Below are positions 40,518-51,952 of a stretch of 64,000 bases of DNA, in pieces. The DNA comes from Myxococcota bacterium (GTDB lineage: Bacteria > Myxococcota_A > UBA9160 > SMWR01): contig JASMKC010000029.1 in assembly GCA_030749415.1 (NCBI GenBank), forward strand, positions 38,827 through 102,826, given 5' to 3'. The notes beneath the pieces were generated by a model, which was not told the DNA's origin, did no database searches, and worked only from the letters and a program-made list of their open reading frames with translations. The translations under genes were made by a program, and so were the position numbers. The stretch's first letter is position 1. The number at the start of each line of letters is the position of its first letter.

Positions 40518-41885
40518 TCAGGGGCGCCCGCCGAGCATCCAGAAGTACGGGACCCCGAGGCCGAAGATCGCCGCCAGCACCACCGCGGCGCCGATGGCCC
40601 CCCTGCGGTCGAGGGCAGAGGGTATCCGCCGGCCCAGGATCAGAGCGTGAGCCGCGTAGATGCACAGCAGCGGCAGCCAGGGGACGCGGAAGCGCGGTGT
40701 GGCGTTTGCGGCCACATGCACCAGGATGACACCGCCGAGGAGCAGTACGGCCAGTGCCCTGCGCCCGCCCGCCCGGGCCGCCGCCACGCCGAGCGCCGCA
40801 GTCGCCGCCAGTGCGAGCCAGGCGGGGCCGCTCACGGCCAGGAGCCAGCGCGCCGGGGCGGCGGGTCGATCCCCGTAGGCGCCGTTGCGGACCTTGGTGC
40901 GCACCACCGAATCCGGGTTGAGCAGGAGTCCCAGGTTGCGGACCAGCTTCTTGCCGATCCATCCCGGTTGTTCGGCTTGCACCCGCTCGAGCGCGTGGTC
41001 GCGGGCCAGGTCGAGGCGGGCAAGTTCGTCACGCGTGGAGAAGTAGCGGGCGTGGAAGCGCCCCTGCACGGGGCCGCGCTGTTCCCACCACGCGGGGGAT
41101 TCCAGGCTGTTGCCCTCGGCGGCGGCGAACCAGCCCACGGTCGATACGCCGACGAATCGGCCGAGGGTCTCGTAGTTGCGCAGCACCCACGGGGCGGTGA
41201 CGGCGAGCGCGACCGCGAGCAGGAGCCCGCCGCGAAGTGTCGCAGCGCGCCGGTCTGCCGGGGCGGCGAGGTCGATCCACCAGAGTCCCGATGCGGCGGC
41301 GATCAGGAGGGCGAGTTCCCGGGTGAGCGCGGCGGCACCGAAGACGACCCCTGTCGCGAAGACGATCGGGAGTCGAGGCCGACGCGCCACCGAGACGACC
41401 CCGAGCAGCCCCGTCATCACGAGGACGGCGAAGAGGGTCTCGGACCACAAGAAGTGGCTGTGGGCGATGAGTGCGGGGCAGAGGGCCGCCAGCAGTCCGG
41501 CCAGCACACCGGTACGCAGGTCGAAGAGCGCGCGACCGAGCAGCGCCGTGAGCAGCACGAGGAGGGTGCCCCAGAGGATCTGCAGGCGTTGGAATCGAAC
41601 GACCGGCGTGTTCGCAGCCCCGTCGGGGGCGGCCGCGAGCGACAGCAGCCAGGCGTGGGCGGGGGGGCGCCAGGCGCGCGACGCACCCTCGAACTTTCCG
41701 ATGTAGATGTGCCCGTCACCGCGCGCGATGCTGTCTGCGACCTGGGCGTAGTAGTTCTCGTCGCCGAGCGTCGCGACGGGTCGCGCTGTCTCGAAGGCGA
41801 GCCAGCGCAGGCCGCCCGCGATGATCAGCAGGCCCGCGAGCAGCGCGAGGGTCGACGGGTGGGCCGCGCCGGTCCGTCGAACCAT
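40518..41885 (-). CDS. ArnT/PMT-like GT-C glycosyltransferase
   Basis: Multi-TM; DENYY, WRPP, LWSETLF, AALTRE, PWVLRN, PRFRVP; ATG 41885. Confidence 0.83.
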   Translation of the reverse strand: MVRRTGAAHPSTLALLAGLLIIAGGLRWLAFETARPVATLGDENYYAQVADSIARGDGHIYIGKFEGASRAWRPPAHAWLLSLAAAPDGAANTPVVRFQRLQILWGTLLVLLTALLGRALFDLRTGVLAGLLAALCPALIAHSHFLWSETLFAVLVMTGLLGVVSVARRPRLPIVFATGVVFGAAALTRELALLIAAASGLWWIDLAAPADRRAATLRGGLLLAVALAVTAPWVLRNYETLGRFVGVSTVGWFAAAEGNSLESPAWWEQRGPVQGRFHARYFSTRDELARLDLARDHALERVQAEQPGWIGKKLVRNLGLLLNPDSVVRTKVRNGAYGDRPAAPARWLLAVSGPAWLALAATAALGVAAARAGGRRALAVLLLGGVILVHVAANATPRFRVPWLPLLCIYAAHALILGRRIPSALDRRGAIGAAVVLAAIFGLGVPYFWMLGGRP

Positions 41886-41907
41886 GGTCCGCGCGAAGCC
41901 AGTCGGC

Positions 41908-42396
41908 TCAGCCGAGTGCGGCTTCGACTGCGGCCAGAACGTCTTTGGCCTCGGGTTCGGTCGGGGGCTCGAAGCGGGCCACCACATGGCCACCGCGATC
42001 GACCAGGAACTTTTCAAAGTTCCATTTCACGTCGCCCGGTCCCTCGGGTGCAGTGTCCTCGCTCGTGAGCCAGGCGTAGAGCGGACTCCGGTCGTCGCCG
42101 TTCACATCCACCTTTGCGAACAGGGGAAAGGTGACGTCGTAGTTCGCGGTGCAGAACTCGCGTATCTCCGCCTCGCCGCCGGGTTCCTGACCCGCGAACT
42201 GGTTGCATGGGAAGGCCAGGATTTCGAGCCCTTGCGTCTGAAAACGGCCGTAGAGGCGTTGGAGTCCGTCGTACTGGGGGGTCAGCCCGCATTTCGAAGC
42301 CACGTTCACGATCAGGCAAACCCGGTCCTTGAAATCACTCAGTGACCGCTGATCTCCGTCGATCGTGGTCGCAGTGAACTCGTGTAGATTGGGCAT
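41908..42396 (-). CDS. glutathione peroxidase (Cys type)
   Basis: NVASKCGLTPQY, FPCNQF..QEPG, WNFEKFL. Confidence 0.95.
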   Translation of the reverse strand: MPNLHEFTATTIDGDQRSLSDFKDRVCLIVNVASKCGLTPQYDGLQRLYGRFQTQGLEILAFPCNQFAGQEPGGEAEIREFCTANYDVTFPLFAKVDVNGDDRSPLYAWLTSEDTAPEGPGDVKWNFEKFLVDRGGHVVARFEPPTEPEAKDVLAAVEAALG

Positions 42397-42585
42397 GGCT
42401 ACCTCCTGTTTCGGGCTTGGTGGGGCGGATTCGCTGGCGCTGCTTTCCTACATTTGCCACGGATTTGCGGCAGCCATGCTGGAACCGGCGAGATCCATTC
42501 CGATTCGGGCGCGATTATATCACCGGCGGGGCCGGGTGCGGGCCGGCTCGCGCGCCGCGCGGGCTACCATGGCGCCGAGCACTGC

Positions 42586-43989
42586 ATGATGGCCCGACCC
42601 GATTCTACTCCTGCAGCACTCCGTGACCCGTGGCTGATCGGTGCGGTCGTTGCGGCGCTCCTGCTGCGTTGTGGTCTCGTCGCGCTCTTTCCCGACCCGA
42701 CGCCGGTCAACGACGAGATCGACTACTGGCGTCTGGCGGAGGGGCTGGCCCGGGGCGAGGGCTTCGCGTCGAATTTCCGGCCGCCGCTGCACCCGGCGTT
42801 CATGGCGGTCTTCGTCGGCATCGGCGAGGGGGCGGGGGCCGTGCGCGCGGTCCAGGCTTTGCTCGGTGCGCTCGCCGTGCCGCTGGTTGCGATCCTCGGA
42901 GGGCGCGTGGGCGGCCGCGCGGCCGCGCGGGGCGCGGCGTGGCTCGTGGCGCTCGATCCGGTGCTGGTGGGCTTCTCGCACCTGCTCTGGTCGGAGACGC
43001 TCTACGTGGCGTTGTTGCTCGGCGGACTCGTGCTCCTGCTGCGCGGCACCGACCGCTGGCGCTGGCTCGACTGGGCGGGCGCCGGGCTGGCCTTCGGGCT
43101 GGCGTCGCTGACGCGCCCCCAGCTGCTGACGTTCCTGCCGCTGCTGCTGCCGTGGGCCTGGCTGCAAGCGGCTCGGGGGAGGGCGGAGCGCCGACGCATG
43201 CTCGCGGCGTTCGGTGTTCTGACAGTCGCCACGTGCTGTGTGGTGCTGCCCTGGTCGTTTCGCAACCTCCGGGTCTGGGGCGACGCCTTCTTCGTCGACA
43301 CCAATGGGCCGTACAACCTGCTGGTCGGCACCGAGCCCGGGGCCCACCAGGTGGACAAGGACGACCGCTGGAGCCCGACGTGGGCCGCGATCGGAAACAT
43401 GCACTACATGGTGGCGGTCGAGCGCGACCCGGGGATGGTGCAGCGCGTCGCGCTCGCCCGTGCGGAGCAGCGCATCCGGGCGCATCCCAGTCGCTTCCTG
43501 TCGAAGTCGGCGTGGGAGGCGGCGCACCTCTTCACTCTGGACAACTTCGTGCTGCGTCACCTCCGGAACGACTGGTACGGCGTGGCGTCGCCGCGCCCCC
43601 TGGTCGCTGCGCTGACCGTTCTCTGCGTCGTGTGGACGGCGCTCCTCTACGCGGGCGGCGGCCTGGGGCTGGCGGCGCAGCCCGCCTCGCCGTTCCGGGG
43701 CTTTGCGCTGCTCGCCATCGGCCACGCCGTGGTGCTCTACGGCATCACCTACTCGCTGTCCCGCTACGCCGTGCCCCTGCGTCCGCTGCTCGCCGTTGCG
43801 GTCGGCTGGGCCGCGACACATCCCGGCGAGGTTCGGGCGCGGCTGGCCGGCGACCGCCGCGTGGCGGTCGTGGTGGGGGTGCTCGCCGCGTGGCTCCTCT
43901 TGGCCTGGGCGCGCGATCTGCCGCTGCTCGCAGACATGCTGGCAACGGGCGGGAAGGGCTTCCTGTTCGTGCGGGATGCATTGCCGTGA
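42586..43989 (+). CDS. ArnT/PMT-like GT-C glycosyltransferase
   Basis: DEIDY, FRPPL, LWSETLY, SLTRP, PWSFRN, SRYAVP; paralogue of 40518-41885. Confidence 0.83.
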   Translation: MMARPDSTPAALRDPWLIGAVVAALLLRCGLVALFPDPTPVNDEIDYWRLAEGLARGEGFASNFRPPLHPAFMAVFVGIGEGAGAVRAVQALLGALAVPLVAILGGRVGGRAAARGAAWLVALDPVLVGFSHLLWSETLYVALLLGGLVLLLRGTDRWRWLDWAGAGLAFGLASLTRPQLLTFLPLLLPWAWLQAARGRAERRRMLAAFGVLTVATCCVVLPWSFRNLRVWGDAFFVDTNGPYNLLVGTEPGAHQVDKDDRWSPTWAAIGNMHYMVAVERDPGMVQRVALARAEQRIRAHPSRFLSKSAWEAAHLFTLDNFVLRHLRNDWYGVASPRPLVAALTVLCVVWTALLYAGGGLGLAAQPASPFRGFALLAIGHAVVLYGITYSLSRYAVPLRPLLAVAVGWAATHPGEVRARLAGDRRVAVVVGVLAAWLLLAWARDLPLLADMLATGGKGFLFVRDALP

Positions 43990-44023
43990 GGCAAGCGTGG
44001 GCGGGGCTGGGGGATGCGGCGTC

Positions 44024-45412
44024 GTGAAGGGGCTGTGCACGACACTCGCGGTCTGCGCCTGGCTATTCACCGGGTGTACCGGAGACGAACGCCCGAATGT
44101 GGTGCTGGTGATCCTGGACACGACGCGTGCGGACCATTTCTCCGCCTACGGCTATCCCCGAGCGACGACCCCCGGCTTCGACGCATTTGCCGAGCGGGCG
44201 ATTCTGTTCGAGCGGGCCTTCGCCACGTCGAGTTGGACCGTTCCCTCCCACGCCTCGCTCTTCACCGGCCTGTATCCGATGACTCACGGTGCGACACAGG
44301 AGAGCCAGTATCTCTCGGAGGAGGCCGAAACCCTGGCGGAACTGCTCGCCGCTGACGGTTACGAGACGGCCGCCTTCTCGAACAACGCCTGGGTGGGGGA
44401 GAAGACGAATCTCACCCAGGGTTTTGGCTACGTGGGCGAGATGTGGCGCGAACGCGGTCACGGACAAGCGATGCGTACCAACCGGGCGGTGATGGAGTGG
44501 CTCGACGCGCGGGATCGCGACAGGCCGTTCTTCCTCTTCGTAAACTACATCGAACCCCACTGGACCTACTCGGCTCCACGCGCCTGGCAGGACCGGTTCC
44601 TCGGTCCGGGGGTTACCCCCGCGCAAAGGAAGCGGGCCAATTTCGGAGTCGTCGACTGGTACCTCGACCGCAGCCGTGTGCCCGATGGACTCCTGCCGAT
44701 CCGAACGGCTCTCTACGACGCCGAACTGGCCTGGGTCGATTCTGCGCTGGGAGAGCTGCTCGAATTGCTGCGAAATCGCGGGCTCGAGGATTCGAGCCTG
44801 GTCGTGGTGGCCTCGGACCACGGCGAGAATCTCGGCGACAACGACCACCAGGGGCATTCCTTCGCGCTCTACGACAGCACCCTGCGCATTCCCCTGGCGA
44901 TCCGGCCGCCGGGCGGCGGAGGTGCGGGCAGCCTGCGGCGCGACCCCGTGCAACTGACCGACGTATTCCACACCATCGCGTCGGCAGCGGGCGTCGCACC
45001 GGGTGACACCCGCAGCGTCGGCGAGGACCTGCTCGCGGGTCCGCTCCCGGACGAGCGTCCGGTGGTCGCCGAGTACTACTACCCGGCGCAGTTCCTCAGT
45101 TATTTTCCCGAACCGGCGCGCGAGGGGCCGGGGCTCGCCCCCTTCCGCCGCCGCATTCGGTCGCTGCGCGTCGGGCCTCATAAGTTCATCTGGGGGTCGG
45201 ACGGTCGACACGAACTCTACGACGTGGAGGCCGACCCGGGTGAGACGCGAGATCTCGCCGCCAGCGCGCCCGCAGTCGCGGGCCGCATGCAGGAAGCGCT
45301 CGAGATCCTGGTCGAAAGGTATGGCGCCGACACCGCACCGCCGGCCCCTCGCGACGGCGTTCTGGATCCAGAAACCGAGGCCACGCTCCGCGAACTCGGC
45401 TACCTGCGCTGA
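44024..45412 (+). CDS. sulfatase-fold lipoprotein (TxPxH variant)
   Basis: LFTGC lipobox; PNVVLVILDTTRADH, WTVPSHASLFTG, EPH, SDHGE, H, ELYD..DPGE, LRELGY; GTG 44024. Confidence 0.87.
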   Translation: MKGLCTTLAVCAWLFTGCTGDERPNVVLVILDTTRADHFSAYGYPRATTPGFDAFAERAILFERAFATSSWTVPSHASLFTGLYPMTHGATQESQYLSEEAETLAELLAADGYETAAFSNNAWVGEKTNLTQGFGYVGEMWRERGHGQAMRTNRAVMEWLDARDRDRPFFLFVNYIEPHWTYSAPRAWQDRFLGPGVTPAQRKRANFGVVDWYLDRSRVPDGLLPIRTALYDAELAWVDSALGELLELLRNRGLEDSSLVVVASDHGENLGDNDHQGHSFALYDSTLRIPLAIRPPGGGGAGSLRRDPVQLTDVFHTIASAAGVAPGDTRSVGEDLLAGPLPDERPVVAEYYYPAQFLSYFPEPAREGPGLAPFRRRIRSLRVGPHKFIWGSDGRHELYDVEADPGETRDLAASAPAVAGRMQEALEILVERYGADTAPPAPRDGVLDPETEATLRELGYLR

Positions 45413-45454
45413 CGCCCGCGCGACGGCGCCCGCGGGCCGGTATGCTCACCTGTC

Positions 45455-47791
45455 GTGGCGGATGCGCGCGGTGCGGCGGGAAGGGCGGGGGGCGGCGTGC
45501 GCCGGATCGCGGCGTTCTTGTCCCTGCTGCTGGTTCCCTGGGCACTGCGCGCGCTGCTGCTCGCCGAGACCGAGGTCGCGCCGGTTCCGGCGGATCTTCA
45601 CGGCTTCGCGGCCGACGCCGGGGTCGCGGCTGTCGGACTGGCACTGCTGTTCCTCTTGGCGCGTCTATCGCGCGCGGCGGCGGTGGCGCTGGTGTTGTTG
45701 TTCGCGTCACTCGAGGTGGCGAACTACGAGACGGTCCTCGCGCTGGGCTCCGTGGTGAGCCTCGGCGACGCCGCGTATCTGGGAGACATGACTTTCCTCA
45801 GCGGCTCGGCCGCTGCGCTGACGCATCCCCTGCTCGTCTTTTTCCTGATGGTCGGCGTGGCGGCACTCGCCTGGTTCGGTTTCGGAGGGGCGCAGCGGCC
45901 TCCCGCCTGGGGGATCCTGGCGGCGGGCCTGGTGCTGCTGGCCGCGACGGCTGCCTGGCCCCTTTCTGCCTCCGTCGAGACCTGGCGTCAGGCCAATCCC
46001 GTGCAGCGCGACCTTCTCTCGCTGCTGCGCGGTGGGGCCGGGGCGCGGGAGCGCCCAAACTCGTCCGACGCCCTCGCGGAACGCTTGCCGGAGCTGCGCG
46101 GCGACCTGACCGGCGCGCCTCGTGTCGCGCTCGGCGGCGGAGGCCGAAACGTGTTGCTCGTGGTCGTGGAGGGGGTCTCGGGCGCCTACCTCCAGTCCGC
46201 GGCGCGGGTGCACCGGCGCAATCCCGCGCTGCGAATGAAGCAGCTCGATAGCGTCTTCCGCGAGAACGTGGGTTTCGCGACGTTCCTCACCCACAACCGG
46301 CGCACGAACCGCGGGCTCTACGCGCTGTTGTGCGGTGAGATGCCCGCTCTCGTGCGCGGCATGCCGAAGATGACGGTCGCGTCGACCCGGCCGTGGCGCA
46401 CCTGCCTGCCCGAGATTCTCCGAGCCAGCGGCTACCAGACCGTTTATCTCCAGGCGGCGCCCCTCGCGTTCATGCTGAAGGATCAGTTCATGGAGCGCAT
46501 TGGCTTCGAGCGCGTGCTGGGCCACAAGTGGTTCGACCGCTACTACCTCCGCACCACCTGGGGAGTCGATGACCGGGCGTTTTTCGAGCAGGCCTCGGAG
46601 CTGATCGAATCGCTGCAGGAATCCGCTGAGCCGTGGTTCCTGACCCTCCTCACCGTGGGCACCCATCATCCCTACACCGTTCCGCTGTCCTACCAGTCCC
46701 CCAACGCGAAGGAAAATGTGCGCGGCGCCTTCCAATACCTCGATCGGGCGATCGGTGAGTTCATGGTGTGGCTCGAGGCGTCCGGTGTGCGGGACGATAC
46801 GCTCGTGATCTTCACGTCCGACGAGTCTTCGGGGCACCAGACCGGGAGCACCGATGTGTTTGCCCAACGGCTCTCGCACAACTGGGGTTTTCTGGTCGCA
46901 CTGCTTCCCGATCGAACGCGCGTCCTGGTGACCGAGCCCTACGCCCAGTCGGATGTACCGCTCAGCGTGCTCGACTACCTGGGGCGCGCGGACTCCGGCG
47001 GCGCTCTGCACGGCCGGAGTCTCTTCCGGCGCTACGACACGGGGCGCCACCTCTTTTTCGGAAACGTGAACCTGCGCACGATCGGGGCGCTCGATCCCGA
47101 TGGACGGCTGGTCGTCTGCGAGTTCGAGGGTTCGGAATGCTCCGGCTACGACACGTTCAGCGGGCGGGTCTTCGCAGAGGCGCCGGGCGCGGTGGACCTG
47201 CCGCCCGACCTGTCGGAGCTGGTGGTGGATATCGCCGGGCTCAGCCTTCCGCCGCGCGACAGCTGGGATCTCGAGGTCTCGCTCCTGCTCGATGAGCGCT
47301 TCACCGTCGACATGCGCGAATGGCAGCTCGTGCAGGGCGTTGCCCAGATCGCACTCGAGCCGGATGAGTGGCTCGAGGTGGACGTCGAGCTAGAGGCGAC
47401 TGGCGACGGCCGCGCGGAGATCGAGCACTACCTGCGTTTTCCCCGGAAGCGCCAGCTGCTCTACGGACGCGCCCCGGTATCACCGGGCCAGACGCTGCGC
47501 ATCCATTACACGCTCGCCGCGGGCGATCGGATTACCCAGATGTCGTGCCGTACCAAGGCGCGGTTGCTCGATGGCTGGAAGCTCGACCTCGTGCACTCGA
47601 AGCGCCGCTTCGTGGTGCACCGCGGCGGCGTTCGCCCGCCGCCCGGGCTGCGTGTCGAGGTATTCGACAGCGGCGGCGAGCCGGTGGAACTCACGATCAT
47701 GGAGTCCGCTGAGATCGACCGGATTGCCCGCGAGATGTCGCCGGTGGGACCGATCGACGCAGCGGTGGGACCGGTCGACGCCGAAGGTTAG
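45455..47791 (+). CDS. LTA synthase-like / sulfatase-fold membrane protein, paralogue 3
   Basis: NVLLVVVEG, RRTNRGLYALLCG, WGVDD, LTVGTHHPY, TSDES; alternative start GTG 45497. Confidence 0.82.
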   Translation: MADARGAAGRAGGGVRRIAAFLSLLLVPWALRALLLAETEVAPVPADLHGFAADAGVAAVGLALLFLLARLSRAAAVALVLLFASLEVANYETVLALGSVVSLGDAAYLGDMTFLSGSAAALTHPLLVFFLMVGVAALAWFGFGGAQRPPAWGILAAGLVLLAATAAWPLSASVETWRQANPVQRDLLSLLRGGAGARERPNSSDALAERLPELRGDLTGAPRVALGGGGRNVLLVVVEGVSGAYLQSAARVHRRNPALRMKQLDSVFRENVGFATFLTHNRRTNRGLYALLCGEMPALVRGMPKMTVASTRPWRTCLPEILRASGYQTVYLQAAPLAFMLKDQFMERIGFERVLGHKWFDRYYLRTTWGVDDRAFFEQASELIESLQESAEPWFLTLLTVGTHHPYTVPLSYQSPNAKENVRGAFQYLDRAIGEFMVWLEASGVRDDTLVIFTSDESSGHQTGSTDVFAQRLSHNWGFLVALLPDRTRVLVTEPYAQSDVPLSVLDYLGRADSGGALHGRSLFRRYDTGRHLFFGNVNLRTIGALDPDGRLVVCEFEGSECSGYDTFSGRVFAEAPGAVDLPPDLSELVVDIAGLSLPPRDSWDLEVSLLLDERFTVDMREWQLVQGVAQIALEPDEWLEVDVELEATGDGRAEIEHYLRFPRKRQLLYGRAPVSPGQTLRIHYTLAAGDRITQMSCRTKARLLDGWKLDLVHSKRRFVVHRGGVRPPPGLRVEVFDSGGEPVELTIMESAEIDRIAREMSPVGPIDAAVGPVDAEG
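47742..47781 (+). repeat. 21-bp-period imperfect tandem duplication
   Basis: CGGTGGGACCGATCGACGC / CGGTGGGACCGGTCGACGC encoding VGPIDA-AVGPVDA at the 3' end of paralogue 3. Confidence 0.6.
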
Positions 47792-47817
47792 ACGGGGACA
47801 TTTGGGAGGAAGTTGGT

Positions 47818-48612
47818 ATGGGACGGCTCGAAGGCAAGCGGGCGATGGTCACCGGCGCGGCGCGGGGAACAGGCGAGTCCATCGCGGGGCGGTTCGTGGC
47901 GGAGGGTGCTCGCGTGCTCTGCGTGGATGTTCTCGACGAGCCCGGGCAAGCGGTGGCGAATGAACTCGGCGCTGCCGCCTCCTTCCTTCACCTCGACGTC
48001 ACGAGCGAAGCCGATTGGCAGCGGGGCATCGATTTGTGCACCGAGGAGCTGGGCGGGCTCGATGTGCTCGTGAACAACGCGGCAATTCTTCTGATGAAGG
48101 GCATGGCGGATACGAGCGTGGCCGAATTCGAACGCGTCGTTTCGGTGAACCAGACCGGGGTCTTTCTCGGCATGCGGGCCGCCACCGAGGCGCTTCGGGA
48201 AGCGGGCGGTGGCTCGATCGTGAACATCGCCTCGGTCGACGGAACCCGGGGGGCGACTTCCCTGATCGCCTACGCCGCGAGCAAGTGGGCGGTTCGGGGT
48301 ATGACGCGGGTGGCCGCTCTCGAACTCGGCCGCCACGGCATCCGCGTGAACGCCGTTTGTCCCGAGGCCGGGAGTCCGCATATGGTGGCGCCCTACCTGT
48401 CCGAGGGAGTCGACATGGAGCGTGTGATGGCGGCGCAGATGCCCGTGCTGCCACCGCAGAAGAAGCGCACGATCGCGGAACGACTCGATGACATCGCCCA
48501 ACTCAGCGTCTTCCTGGCCTCGGACGAGAGCAGTTCGTGTACGGGCGCGGACTTCGTGATCGACGCTGGGAATACGGCGGGGCGCATCCTTCCCGAGATA
48601 CCCGGACGCTAG
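47818..48612 (+). CDS. SDR oxidoreductase (3-alpha/20-beta-hydroxysteroid dehydrogenase-like)
   Basis: TGAARGTG, LDVT, NNAA, YAASKWAVRGMT, CTGADFVID. Confidence 0.9.
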   Translation: MGRLEGKRAMVTGAARGTGESIAGRFVAEGARVLCVDVLDEPGQAVANELGAAASFLHLDVTSEADWQRGIDLCTEELGGLDVLVNNAAILLMKGMADTSVAEFERVVSVNQTGVFLGMRAATEALREAGGGSIVNIASVDGTRGATSLIAYAASKWAVRGMTRVAALELGRHGIRVNAVCPEAGSPHMVAPYLSEGVDMERVMAAQMPVLPPQKKRTIAERLDDIAQLSVFLASDESSSCTGADFVIDAGNTAGRILPEIPGR

Positions 48613-48644
48613 GAGTCCCAGGTGCGCAGCCCCTGGCCTGCTCC

Positions 48645-49678
<1,034 letters not shown>

Positions 49679-49682
<4 letters not shown>

Positions 49683-50740
49683 GGGCGAACGAGGTAGAAA
49701 GCATTCACCGGGTGGTCCACGTCGATCGACTCGAAGCTCGAGAAGCCTGCGTCCCGCACCATCTGTTCCGCCAACTCGCGATGGAATCCCAGGGTTCCCA
49801 GTCCCAGGCCGTCGGGCTCCGAGAGCGCCGACGACATGCATGTGAGCACCGACGAGCCGTACATCATCGCCGACATCGGGTTGTGCTCGACGTTCTCCTC
49901 CCAACTCGGGTGCGCCTTGATGTCGGCGATGAGCCAGATTCCTTTTGGAAGGATCGAGCTCCGGATCGCACGCATCACACGCTCGGGGTGGGCCATGTCG
50001 TGTAGGCAGTCGAAGGTCGTGACGAAACCGTAGGTGGGGTCCGCCGGCAGGCGATCGCGCGTCGGGTCTCGGAAGCTCGCGTTCGAGATTCCGGCGCTCT
50101 GCCGGTTCGACTCGGCGAGTGCGAGAGCATGACGCGAGATGTCGTAGCCGTGGAACTCCGAGGAGGGGAAGGCGGCCGCCATGGCCAGCAGCGCGGCGCC
50201 TCCGCCACAACCCACGTCCGCCACGGCGATGCCCCGTTCGAGCGCGGAGACGAGCCCCTCGATCCGGGGCAGGACGGTTGGCACCAGTAGACTGCGGAAC
50301 CACGGGGCGAGCCCGCGTTCGATGCCTGCGGCGCCCTCGGGGCCCATGGCGTCGTAGGGCAGCCCGATGCCGCTTCGGAAGGCGCTGGGTAGCTGCTCGA
50401 CCACGCGGAGCTGTTGGGGAAGGTGTGCGAAGAAGCCCGCACCGAAGGCGGGGTGCCCCTCATCGGCGAGCAGTGCCGCGGCCTCCTCCGAGAGAGCGAA
50501 ACGCAGGTTGCCGCGGTGCTCGAGCAGGCCGGCGGCTCCCTGTTGGTAGAGCCACTCGCGTACCCAGCGTTCGGAGAGTGCCGCGTGACGCGCCAGTTCT
50601 TCGCTCGAGGCATCGCCTAGCTCGAATAGTGCTCTGTACAGACCGAGGCGATCACCCAGATGAATCATCGTTGCGGTCATGGCTCCGCCCAGCGCGTCGA
50701 AGACGCAACGTGCGGTGTCTTTCAGCTTCTCGGGGTCCAT
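49679..50740 (-). CDS. class I SAM-dependent methyltransferase with N-terminal wHTH (Rv2258c-like)
   Basis: [30 protein letters not shown]. Confidence 0.88.
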
Positions 50741-50778
50741 CGGCGCTCAGACTCTACCGGATCGGATAGGATCCGGGC

Positions 50779-51894
50779 ATGCGCGGACCGTGGACGGTTT
50801 CCCGTTACCTCGCGACCGAAGTGGTGAGCTATGGCACCGTGGGTCTCGTCACCGTGTCCGTGGTCTTCATCGCACACAACCTGCTGCGGCGCGTCAACGA
50901 ACTCCTGTTGATCGGTGTCACGGCCAGCGACATCCTGACTGTCCTGGGTTCGATCGTGCTCGTAACCCTCGCCTACACGGTGCCCATTGCCTTCCTCTTT
51001 GGTGCGCTGATCGGCATGGGTCGCCTCGCTTCCGATTCGGAGATGCTCGCGCTGCGCACTTGCGGCATCGGACTCCGCGAGATGGTGGTCCCCGTACTGA
51101 TGATCGGTGCCGTGGTTTCTCTGATCAGTGGGTACATCGTTTTCGAGCAGGAGCACCGCGCGAAGCGGACGCTGCGCGACCTCCTGAAGTCGATCACGGC
51201 CTCGGGTCGCATGATCCAGCCGAAGACGTTCACCCAGGTCGGAAAACGGATGTTCTACGTCGAGAGCCGCGGCCGGGACAATAGCCTCGAGGGGGTATTC
51301 ATTGCCGACCAGGCGGATCCGGAGCGGCCGCTCTTCGTATTCGCCCGCACCGGGCAGTTTGACTTCGATACGGAGACGGGGGTGGGTCGCGTGATGCTTC
51401 GCGATGGAGACATCCAGCGTGATTCCGACGGGAGTGAGGTGGGACAGCGGGTCTCCTTCCGAACCTTCGAATACTCGTTCCCGGTAGCAACGGGATTCCT
51501 CGGCCGGGGCCTGCTGCGCCCCAGGGACATGACCCTGCCGGAGCTCCGCGAAGCGGTCGCGACCACTCGCGCTGGAGGTTCGCTGAACCACCTGGTCAAG
51601 GAGAAGCTCGAGAAGTACCAGAGTCAGATCCAGCGGCGCTATGCCGTTCCCTTCGCACCGATCGTCTTTGCCCTGCTGGCGGTTCCCCTGGGCACGATTC
51701 GCATGCGCGGCGGACGTGCGTGGGGCGCGCTGCTGAGCGCGCTGGTCGTCGGTGGCTACTACGGCATGGTCAGCTTCGGCGAGGCTCTCGTCGACGTGGG
51801 GGTGCCGGCCGTCGTGGCGCTATGGCTTCCGAACCTGTGTTTTGGAGCCGTCGGCGTCCTGCTTCTGCTTCGCATGCGCCGGGTTCCGAGCTGA
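50779..51894 (+). CDS. lptF: LptF/LptG family LPS export permease (LptF-like)
   Basis: RYLATE, GRLASDSEMLALRTCG, periplasmic beta-jellyroll segment, FALLAVPLG, WLPN. Confidence 0.85.
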   Translation: MRGPWTVSRYLATEVVSYGTVGLVTVSVVFIAHNLLRRVNELLLIGVTASDILTVLGSIVLVTLAYTVPIAFLFGALIGMGRLASDSEMLALRTCGIGLREMVVPVLMIGAVVSLISGYIVFEQEHRAKRTLRDLLKSITASGRMIQPKTFTQVGKRMFYVESRGRDNSLEGVFIADQADPERPLFVFARTGQFDFDTETGVGRVMLRDGDIQRDSDGSEVGQRVSFRTFEYSFPVATGFLGRGLLRPRDMTLPELREAVATTRAGGSLNHLVKEKLEKYQSQIQRRYAVPFAPIVFALLAVPLGTIRMRGGRAWGALLSALVVGGYYGMVSFGEALVDVGVPAVVALWLPNLCFGAVGVLLLLRMRRVPS

Positions 51895-51952
51895 CGGGGC
51901 GGCTGGGCCCGGTGACTACCGGGAGATCCGGCCGGTGTCCCGGCAAGGGGAT

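Noticed and set aside
41908-42396. Possible selenocysteine glutathione peroxidase
   Set aside because: The active-site codon is TGC (Cys); no in-frame TGA.
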